A stretch of DNA of 63,529 bases, the filler included, from Chrysochromulina tobinii (lineage: Eukaryota), in NCBI GenBank assembly GCA_001275005.1. It is 9 parts of 9 records of this genome, joined end to end, with 100 filler letters (N's around TTAATTAATTAA, not from the genome) between each part and the next. Parts side by side here need not be neighbours in the genome. Positions count along the whole stretch, not along the records: positions 9,899 to 12,557 come from JWZX01000327.1; positions 12,658 to 14,874 come from JWZX01000328.1; positions 14,975 to 36,206 come from JWZX01000330.1; 6 more parts are not named here. The stretch is one strand, 5' to 3'. The number at the start of each line of letters is the position of its first letter. Position 1 is the stretch's first letter. The position numbers and the translations under genes are program-made. A model generated the notes under the pieces. That model saw nothing but the letters and a program-made list of their open reading frames with translations, did not search any database and had not been told where the DNA came from. This document shows, one piece after another, positions 10,194 through 18,628 of this stretch.

Positions 10194-10887
10194 ACAGGAT
10201 CGAGGATGTCGCCGATGTGCGATGACGGGAAATGACGGGAAATTTCGTCGGCCGACCGTCATTGATCGCAAAAGTTTTCATGTCGCAACGACCCCAACAC
10301 ATTGACAGGTTGACGTTGTTCAAGCACTTTCTGATGAGACCACGCAGCTGTTCGGGGGTGGGCCGCCGGCCTTCAGGCGGCGGCGGGAGGGCAAGCACGC
10401 CCTCGGGCACATGCGTGCCCCAACAAGCGATGGCCACCTTACCCGCGGCGACTTGGTCGAGCGTGGCAGTGAGCGTCACGCGGAAGCCGCAGCTGCTGTA
10501 GAACCTGCGAGCGCGACCACCGCAGGCCTCCAGGCAGGTGCCATAGCCTCCACAACAAGTCCGGTGGCAATTGGGTGCGGTCGTCGTTGATTTTCCGGTG
10601 CAAGCAAACTCCCACTCGTAGACGACCGCGTGTGGATCACGTTTCGATAGCTCAACGCCGGCAGGCGTGAGCGTCAGTATGTCCTGCATGTCGGACTTGC
10701 GACTTGGCAGGTGCGAGTTGATCGCGAGGTACTTGAGATCCACCTTGCGACCTCGAGTCTGATTGAAGTTGTAGTGAGTCACGAAGGCGGGTCCGTTCGC
10801 AAAGACAAACTCCGGCACCTGCTCACCTGCGGCGATGAGCCACTTGTTTGGGCCCAGCTGTTGGACGAGGGCGCCGAGCTTCGTCAT
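10186..10887 (-). CDS. Cys/His-rich protein, probable truncated WRKY-GCM1/FAR1-type zinc-finger DNA-binding domain of a transposase
   Basis: The pattern EFACTG...SSCGFRVTLT...WGTH resembles the FAR1/MULE N-terminal finger. The 3' end of the ORF runs into the repeat arm. A second copy lies at 11988-12472. Confidence 0.5.
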   Translation of the reverse strand: MTKLGALVQQLGPNKWLIAAGEQVPEFVFANGPAFVTHYNFNQTRGRKVDLKYLAINSHLPSRKSDMQDILTLTPAGVELSKRDPHAVVYEWEFACTGKSTTTAPNCHRTCCGGYGTCLEACGGRARRFYSSCGFRVTLTATLDQVAAGKVAIACWGTHVPEGVLALPPPPEGRRPTPEQLRGLIRKCLNNVNLSMCWGRCDMKTFAINDGRPTKFPVISRHRTSATSSILCR

Positions 10888-11103
10888 GCTTGCGGTGCAC
10901 CTTATTCGAAGTGGACATCTTCACAAGCGAGTGCGAGCGTGCGAGTGCGTCGCGGCGATTGATGAACGCTCAATTCGACGCGAAAGAACCGCCTGGAACA
11001 CAAAAGTAACGTATAGCAGGGCCATTCAGTTTCTCGGCACGTCGTGACTATGTCTCCGACGAAACCATCATCGACTTACATCAATTGACTTATATGTATT
11101 TGT

Positions 11104-11787
11104 GTCGATGACGGTTGCAAGACCACCCCGTCATCGACAAACTTTCTCGATGACGGTCTTTGACTCAAACCGTCATCGACAAAAACGTCGATGACGGTGT
11201 GAGTCAGCCCCCGTCATCGACAAACTTTATCGATGACAGGTGCTAATTGAAACCGTCATCGACGAAACTCGTCGATGACGGTGTGGCTCAGACACCGTCA
11301 TCGACTTTTTCGTCGATGACGGTCTCCGACTAACACCGTCATCGACTTTTACGTCGATGACGGTTTGGCTCAAAAACCGTCAACGACGTTTTCGTCGATG
11401 ACGGTCTCCAACTGACACTGTCATCGACAAAACGTCGATGACGGTGTCAGTTGGAGACAGTCATCGACAAAACGTCGTTGACGGTTTTTGAGCCACACCG
11501 TCATCGACGTTAACGTCGATGACGGTGTCAGTCGGAGACCGTCATCGACGAAAAAGTCGATGACGGTTTCTGAGCGACACCGTCATCGACGAGTTTCGTC
11601 GATGACGGTTTCAATCAGCACCTGTCATCGACAAATACGTCGATGACGGGGGCTGACTCACACTGTCATCGACGTTTTTGTCGATGACGGTTTGAGTCAA
11701 AGACCGTCATCGAGAAAGTTTGTCGATGACGGGGTGGTCTTGCAACCGTCATCGACAGACGACCGGTACAAGTATGTCGATGACGGT
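11104..11787. repeat. Mirror-symmetric array of 15 complete hairpin units centred near 11431
   Basis: Same 12-bp motif and 11-nt spacers. The spacer order on the right is the reverse complement of the left, with several substitutions. Confidence 0.95.
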
Positions 11788-11987
11788 TTCGTCGGAGACA
11801 AAGTCACGACGGCTTGTAACCTCGGCGCACGTGCCGAGAAACTGAATGGCCCTGCTTGACGTTACTTTTGTGTTCCAGGCGGTTTCTTCGCGTCGAATTG
11901 AGCTTTCATGACTCGCCGCGAACGCACTCGCACGCTCGCTCGCGCTTTGGGACGATGTCCGCTTCGAAAGAAGGTGCACCGCAAAGC

Positions 11988-12472
11988 ATGACGAAGCTCG
12001 GCGCCCTCGTCCAAACAAGTGGCTCATCGCCGCAGGTGAGCAGGTGCCGGCGTTTGTCTTTGCGAACGGACCCGCCTTCGTGACTCACTACAACTTCAAG
12101 CAGCCTCGAGGTCGCAAGGTGGATCTCAAGTACCTCGCGATCAACTCGCACCTGCCAAGTCGCAAGTCCGACATGCAGGACATACTGACGCTCACGCCTG
12201 CCGGCGTTGAGCTATCGAAACGTGATCCACACGCGGTCGTCTACGAGTGGGAGTTTGCGTGCACCGGCAAATCGTATTACACGACAACCGCACCCAATTG
12301 CCACCGGACTTGTTGTGGAGGCTATGGCACCTGCCTGGAGGCCTGCGGTGGTCGCGCTCACAGGTACAGCAGCTGCGGCTTCCGCGTGACGCTCACTGCC
12401 ACGCTCGAGCAAGTCGCCGCGGGTAAGGTGGCCATCGCTTGTTGGGGCACGCATGTGCCCGAGGGCGTGCTT
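11988..12472 (+). pseudogene. Second, inverted and frameshifted copy of ORF 10186..10887
   Basis: Near-identical sequence with a 13-nt deletion at a CCAA microhomology near 12012. Interrupted at ~12473 by CTGTCGAG repeats. Confidence 0.8.
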
Positions 12473-12481
12473 GAGCCCTGG

Positions 12482-12557
12482 CTGTCGAGCTGTCGAGCTG
12501 TCGAGGCTCCGTCGAGGCGCTGTCGAGGCGCTGTCGAGTCGACTGTCGAGGCGCTGT
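12482..12557. repeat. Tandem CTGTCGAG(G)-based repeats at contig end
   Basis: gctgtcgagc tgtcgagc tgtcgaggc... visible up to the gap. Confidence 0.85.
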
Positions 12558-12657
12558 NNNNNNNNNNNNNNNNNNNNNNNNNNNNNNNNNNNNNNNNNNN
12601 NTTAATTAATTAANNNNNNNNNNNNNNNNNNNNNNNNNNNNNNNNNNNNNNNNNNNN
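12558..12657. other. Artificial contig-joining spacer
   Basis: N44-TTAATTAATTAA-N44. Confidence 0.98.
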
Positions 12658-12782
12658 GGTGGCGAGACGCGAGGCGCGCATACCCAAGGTTTTCCCCACA
12701 GCCCTCTTCACGCTGGACGAAGGTCGACTCCCTCGACTCCCCGCACAGCACAGCAGCACGATCAGCAGCTGCACGATCATTC

Positions 12783-14874
12783 ATGCCGACCGCCCCTGGC
12801 CCACACGACGCCGGCATCGAGTACGGCGTGCTCGCTGCGGATATCGCAGCAGATAACATGGCAGCTCACATCGCTGCCGCCGACGAGAGGATGGGTGCAC
12901 CACCTCAGCCATACGCCGATGGCACCATGCATCGTCCCGGGGAGCTTGAGGGCTTGAGCGATCTCCATGGCATCACGCCGATGCCATCACGCCGCGCAAG
13001 CGGGGATCACGCGCCGACTCCTTCACACGCCGACGCTGACGAAGGCGACGGCGAGGGCAGCGACGAGGGCGAGCGCATGGGCGGGCTGGTGCTCCGCCAT
13101 GATGGGCACGATGGTCGGCGCGAGGGCGGCGCGCCCTTCGACGGCCACGACGCCTTCGCCACTTCCCTCGATCGCTTCAAGCATCCTCCCGTGGACCGCT
13201 TGAGCGAGATCATTGGCTTCATCCTGAGAAAAGAACCGTGGGAGATCAAGCCAGAGGATGCGAAACTGCTCCTCGTGAGCAGAATAGAAGGGGGCCCCGC
13301 TTTGCAAGTGCCGAGCCAGAAACATGCCAAATGGGTGAGGCAGTTTGTGCCGCACGTCTTCTTTGTCGAGAGCGACACACAAGATGCGGGCGACATCGAA
13401 GAGAGCGACAGACAAGTAATCTCGACCAGTGGCGCGGATTCGCACACTGTGACTCAAGTCGACGACTTTATCGCAGTGACACGGGCAAGCAGCTCGTCTG
13501 GGAAGGATAGTCCCTACCCCAAAAAGGTGGGTCAGTGGCAGCTGGCGCTTCTGAAAGGCCACCCTGATTATGGGAGTGACGTCTTCCGAGGCATTCAGCT
13601 CAAAGAGGCGAGACAGATAGGCCGTGAGAATATATGGTGCAGAATCTCTGGCCCGAAACTCGTTCACTCGGTCCCCGACATAAACAAGGGACGCAGGGTC
13701 GGTGCTGGCTCGAGCTCAGATGCTCGAGCTCAGATGCGGAGAGACGCTCAGTGGAAACAGACGCCTCCAATGCCACCAAGAATGCCGCCGCCACTGCCCC
13801 CTCAAAAACACCCCTCGGACGAGCACGACGATGAGCGCAACGAGTGCTTAGACTACACTAAGTTCGAGCTCGAGACGGCGCTCCGCAACTACGAGGACTT
13901 CCATCGGCTCCCAATCGGCCGTGCCACAGTCGAGCAGCTCCAGAGCTCTTCGGCCAAGATAGACGGCTGGCTGCGGGCTGGTCCGCACTTCCCGTCTGCC
14001 TCCGACCGCGGGCTTTTGTGGCTCGGAGACGACGAGCAGTCGATCATATGGGAGTACAGCCACCCGAAGACGCTCATCGAGTTCAGCGACGACCGTCGAT
14101 CGGCTCGCGCTGCGAAAGGGGGCCACGTCCGCTTTGCCGTGAGCACGCCCGTCCCGCTCAACAGCGAGGTGACCATCCGCGTCGACGAGAGCAAGCACAA
14201 GGACAGCGACTCGATCTTCGTCGGCGTGACGCTGGACGGGTCGGGCAGCATCTCAGCCAACTGCCGCGCGCAAGCAGTGCACCTCTTCGACGGGCGGCTT
14301 TGCCAGTTCAGCGATGCGAGCAACTCTTTCCTCTCGGAACACATGGTTAACCAGTTCGTGCCAAAGGTCCGCGTGGGCGGCACGATCTCGATCCGCACTG
14401 TCAAGCAATGGGGTGCGCAGAACGAGACGAAAATCCTGTTCGACGTCCAGGGCGACAACGACTGGAAGAAGGCAATCTTCACCGTGCAGGGCGAGGTGCG
14501 AATCTTCGTGCGCTTCAACTTCATCGAAGACGCCGTCTCCATCATCGAGGCGAGGCCGATTCCTGAGGCTTCCTCCTCCGGCGGCAGCAGCAGCGGCGCG
14601 GGCGGCCACTCCTTTCAATTCATTCCCGCGCTCGCGCTGCGTACCCCAATCGCCGAGACGCCCCCTCCGATGCCATCGATCATATGGGAGTACCGCCACC
14701 CGGAGACGCTCATCGAGTTCAGCGACGACCGTCGATCGGCTCGCGCTGCGAAAGAGGGCCACGTCCGCTTTGCCGTGAGCACGCCCGTCCCGCTCAACAG
14801 CGAGGTGACCATCCGCGTCGACGAGAGCAAGCACAAGGACAGCGACTCGATCTTCGTCGGCGTGACGCTGGACG
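12783..14874 (+). CDS. Large hypothetical protein with tandem SPRY/B30.2-like beta-sandwich domains, 3'-truncated
   Basis: Long open frame. The segment IEFSDDRRSAR...VTIRVDE...IFVGV...GGTISI is SPRY-like. Its start is repeated almost identically at ~14040 and ~14676. Confidence 0.6.
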
Positions 14875-14974
14875 NNNNNNNNNNNNNNNNNNNNNNNNNN
14901 NNNNNNNNNNNNNNNNNNTTAATTAATTAANNNNNNNNNNNNNNNNNNNNNNNNNNNNNNNNNNNNNNNNNNNN
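14875..14974. other. Artificial contig-joining spacer
   Basis: N44-TTAATTAATTAA-N44. Confidence 0.98.
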
Positions 14975-15249
14975 CCCCCCCTTTGGATTGACTGGCGCGC
15001 GCCCACGCCTGGTCTACGCCCGGTCGACACGCCCGGCACGGCGCGCGGCACTGAGCCAGTACGGAGAGGTCCGCCGAGGAGAGCGGCCGGGGTGACTGTA
15101 GCGTAGGCGGCTGCAGGCAGTCGCGCGAGATTCGTCCTCACTCATGGCCATCGAACTGAGTGCCGCTGAACGCTGCTGAACGCTGACGAACGCTGAGTGC
15201 ACCCCTCAGCATACCCTCAGCAGAGGCCCTCATGCATGACATTGGCGGC

Positions 15250-16278
15250 TTACTCACTGAAATGGTCCGCATCGTCGTCGGCGGCACAGAATACACCCCC
15301 CGCTGCGCAGGCAGCCTCGGCTGCCTCCTTGACCTTCACCTTACGCGTGTGCACGGCGTGCCGACGCATCATGGCAGGGGTGGCGACTACGTCCCAGAGC
15401 AGCGACGACTCGATCGTGGCGGGCTGACTTGCCGCGTCCCATACCGTGCGCAGGTCGGGCCCGATCTCGTCCAGTATCTCGTCCTCGAAGCTGATGATGA
15501 TGTCCAGCATCACCGCCTCCTCCGCGGTCTCATACACACCTTCGAAAGCCCGTTCAAGGAACGGGCACGAGGACGGCGTGCGCAGAATACGGCCCTCGAC
15601 CGCGTTGGCACTAGAGCGTTTCGCCTCCATCACCAGCGGCGCTGCATCGAGCTCGAAAAAGTCGAAGAGCTCGACTTCGTCAGTTTTGTCCTCCGCCGCG
15701 TCGCTCGAGAAGCTGCTCGTGATTGTCGGTGTCGAGGGCGCTGTGACCGGTGAGGTCCGTCTTGATGACAACTTGGTAGCGTCCCCGAGGGAAATAATCG
15801 TTGCTTCATCGGAAGTGTCCTCGCCGTCGTACATAAGCTCTGGCTGCTTCATTTGGGGAGCGCAGAGCATGATAGCCTTCATCTCCTTCTGCGACTGCTC
15901 TCGTCCACACCGATTGGGACGGAGCGAGTCCAGCGCCTCGAGTGCATGTGGCCACGCGTGCCCCGAGGGTAACTCACATCCGAACACACCGCCGTCGCGC
16001 TCATGCATCTGGCAGCACTTGTGCCCGTGAGCCGTGACTCGCTTGCTCTGCCTCTGAACTGGGAAGGTAATGAACTCGGGCACGGTAATGGACGCAGGCT
16101 CAGCAAAGAGGTGCGTACTTTGGCCGATGGCGGAGGTATGAGGCATCGAGGGCTGCAGCGATGGATCAGCGCTGCGCTTGCGTGACGGCATGAGCTGTAG
16201 GGACTCGGTGAGAAGGCGTAAACGAGCACAGCTGACCCTGCTACGCTTTTCAGTGGCCGCGCCGCGAGGACCACTCAT
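15250..16278 (-). CDS. Hypothetical acidic protein; true start may be MPSRKRS at 16191
   Basis: 342-codon ORF with coding-like composition. Upstream minus-strand GTACGA...GCTAAC...ACAG suggests a 5' intron. No family recognised. Confidence 0.5.
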   Translation of the reverse strand: MSGPRGAATEKRSRVSCARLRLLTESLQLMPSRKRSADPSLQPSMPHTSAIGQSTHLFAEPASITVPEFITFPVQRQSKRVTAHGHKCCQMHERDGGVFGCELPSGHAWPHALEALDSLRPNRCGREQSQKEMKAIMLCAPQMKQPELMYDGEDTSDEATIISLGDATKLSSRRTSPVTAPSTPTITSSFSSDAAEDKTDEVELFDFFELDAAPLVMEAKRSSANAVEGRILRTPSSCPFLERAFEGVYETAEEAVMLDIIISFEDEILDEIGPDLRTVWDAASQPATIESSLLWDVVATPAMMRRHAVHTRKVKVKEAAEAACAAGGVFCAADDDADHFSE

Positions 16279-16684
16279 CTGCGTGGACGAAGCGCGCGTT
16301 CCAAATTAGGGAGAATGAGCGCAAATCGCATCATCTCCCCACGACAGCTCCTGTTACGTGTTAGCCTCAGCGCGGGTCCCTTGGCGGGTCCTCCGGGCTC
16401 CGGCAGATGTCCGGCAAGGGCAGTCCTAACAGTCCGGCCGGCTGCGCTGCAAGCTGCGCTGCGGTCCCAGGAGTGTCCCAGGGGCTGCGGTTTCGTACCT
16501 CCCAAGACAAGTCTATACAGATACTACAGACACCCATACGGAAGCCTATCGAGAGAGCACCGGAAGGGTGGAAGGGAGGGGGCGGAGAAGACGGACTTGA
16601 CTTGCCATGACTTGACTGCAAACACATTTGATGACCGACCCTGACCAGACCTGATCGTGGCACGCACCTCTTTCATCACGCCGA

Positions 16685-17557
16685 ATGACAGTACTGAAAA
16701 GAGGCGTCATCGCCAAGGCGCTCCTTGAGGGCACTTCAGCGCCGGTATTCACCGCGCGCATGGCTGATCGAAAGTTGCGTTGGGAGTTCCTTGGTCGGCC
16801 GACGCCATTTCCGTTCAAGATTCTAGACAAACTCGGTCAGAAGGCGTTTGCAAAAGAGCACGGAGCTGATGTGCCCGCCACCCTGGCCGTCTTTGACGCT
16901 GCCGAGATCGCCGCCGACAAATCGGCGCTGCGCTCACATCTCGCGCGATGCTCTTCGGATTTTGTGCTGAAACCTGTGCACGGCTACCAGAACAAACAAG
17001 CGTTTGCCGTGCGTGGAGGGGCACACGACCTGCTTCGCAACAAATCATTTGACGTGAATGCTGCCGCGGATGTGATCGCCGCCGACGATGAGTTCAGCTC
17101 TTACATGGTGGAGGAGCTCCTGGCGGATGAACGGGGCGACGCTGCGCCCTCGCGCTTGCCGGTGGATTTCAAGTTCTGGTGCTTCGGCCCGACCATTGCG
17201 CACGTGACGATCATGGTGTCCCGAGAACGGCGCGGCGAAGGGTACACGGTTGCAGTCGCCGACTGCGACGAGTCGTTTACACCCCAACCCACATGGTGCG
17301 CGCTCCCAACGAGTGCGGAGAGCGGCCTTGTGGAGCTCGTGCCACTTCCACTGAAGCCCCTGTGCTGGGACCACATGGTAGCGACAGCGCGCCGGTTGGG
17401 CGCCGCCGTCGGCGCGTTCGCGCGCATCGACATTTACGCGACTCCAAGAGGCGCCGTCTTCGGCGAGTTCCAGCTCTTGTTCGACCTGGTCGACTGGAAC
17501 GATCGCGCGGACGCTGCCATTCGTACGATGTGGAGAGGACGCGACGGTGCCGGGTGA
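16685..17557 (+). CDS. TupA-like ATP-grasp fold protein
   Basis: Motifs DKLGQKAF, VPATL, FVLKPVHG, MVEELL, PVDFKFWCF, FARIDIY, VFGEF. Confidence 0.75.
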   Translation: MTVLKRGVIAKALLEGTSAPVFTARMADRKLRWEFLGRPTPFPFKILDKLGQKAFAKEHGADVPATLAVFDAAEIAADKSALRSHLARCSSDFVLKPVHGYQNKQAFAVRGGAHDLLRNKSFDVNAAADVIAADDEFSSYMVEELLADERGDAAPSRLPVDFKFWCFGPTIAHVTIMVSRERRGEGYTVAVADCDESFTPQPTWCALPTSAESGLVELVPLPLKPLCWDHMVATARRLGAAVGAFARIDIYATPRGAVFGEFQLLFDLVDWNDRADAAIRTMWRGRDGAG

Positions 17558-17707
17558 GACCGGAAGCACGTGGACGACGCTTATTAGTGAGTCTAGTGTA
17601 GTGTTGGTAGGCACGCAAAACGCAAATTTTCTGACTCTCTGACGAAATCCGGCGATACTTCCCGACTGGCCACTTCCGTCTTCGAGCACCGCTCCGCTTT
17701 ATCGACC

Positions 17708-18394
17708 ATGGGTTGCGGAGCGAGCGCGATGGAATCGCCCGCGGCCGGTAGCGCGGCTCCAAATGGATCCAAGTCGTGCACCAAGCAGGAGCCGCACGTG
17801 CCTGCCGAGCACACTCAGCAGAGAGGCTCCCTCGCACAAGGTGTTCACCACCTCAGCGTAGTGGCCATGCACAGTCTATCCGTCATCAGCGACATTCCCA
17901 CCCTCCGTCCGACCACGATGGCTCCCAAGGTGCTGCCCGCGCACCGGCCCGACGTGGGCGCTCTCCTCAAGCCGGGCGGTGACGCCCAGGGCCAGCTCAC
18001 GACGAGCAAGTTGCCTCCGTTGCTGCAGGCTCCCGCTCGACGAAAATCACTCTCTATCCCGGAAAACCTATACTCGGAGCAAATCAAAGCCGTGCTCGCG
18101 TCACCTGGTGCGAGCGAGCGGCGGAGCAAGATCATCTTGCGCGCTGCAACTGAGAGCCCGCCCTTGCTCGGCGGCGCTTGCGATCAGCCCACGCCACAAA
18201 GTACGACCTGCACGCCCCTGCCGCACTACGGACGACCGCCACCGCGGTCGCCGCCGATCAGCCGCATCAGCGGACGCTCCGTTGGGCGGCGCCACTCGCG
18301 CGCGCGGACTTCCTCCTCGTTGAGGTCGCTCTCAGAGGATGCTGAGGAGCTGATGACCTCCTTGACCTCCTTGCCCTCCTTGCCGACGGGTTGA
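17708..18394 (+). CDS. Low-complexity protein with predicted N-myristoylation/palmitoylation
   Basis: Begins MGCGAS. The remainder is Ser/Pro/Arg-rich. Confidence 0.55.
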   Translation: MGCGASAMESPAAGSAAPNGSKSCTKQEPHVPAEHTQQRGSLAQGVHHLSVVAMHSLSVISDIPTLRPTTMAPKVLPAHRPDVGALLKPGGDAQGQLTTSKLPPLLQAPARRKSLSIPENLYSEQIKAVLASPGASERRSKIILRAATESPPLLGGACDQPTPQSTTCTPLPHYGRPPPRSPPISRISGRSVGRRHSRARTSSSLRSLSEDAEELMTSLTSLPSLPTG

Positions 18395-18628
18395 TGAGCT
18401 AAGTCCCATGCGCCAAGCGCCATGGAGCATAACTGCATTATAAGAGCATATCTACTATTGGAATACTGGTGCACCCTTATTTGCTTTCTTCACGACGTTT
18501 TATTGCACATTTCCAGAACAGCGCCTGTTTGCAAGCAAGCGGCACAAATTGAAACGAATTTTAGCGGCCACACGACGGTCGGTCCCAGGGCAGCGTTTTG
18601 CCGAGGGCGACTTGCTGGTGACCTCGCG

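Larger units (their letters stand above)
9899..11445 (-). mobile_element. Foldback/Mutator-like non-autonomous element, copy 1, with ~300-nt inverted termini built of palindromic subrepeats
   Basis: 9899-10196 is a near-perfect reverse complement of ~11101-11408. These arms flank ORF 10186..10887(-). The left end is cut by the contig edge. Confidence 0.6.

Noticed and set aside
9902..11787. CRISPR array interpretation of the palindromic repeat-spacer pattern
   Set aside because: Spacers are only 11 nt and recur in mirrored order, loops vary, no cas genes are present, and the context is eukaryotic.
16280..16510. Possible snRNA or RNase MRP-like RNA on the minus strand
   Set aside because: Only a GCTCATTCTC fragment and a hairpin match. 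The region is better explained as 5' introns of the 15250..16278 gene.
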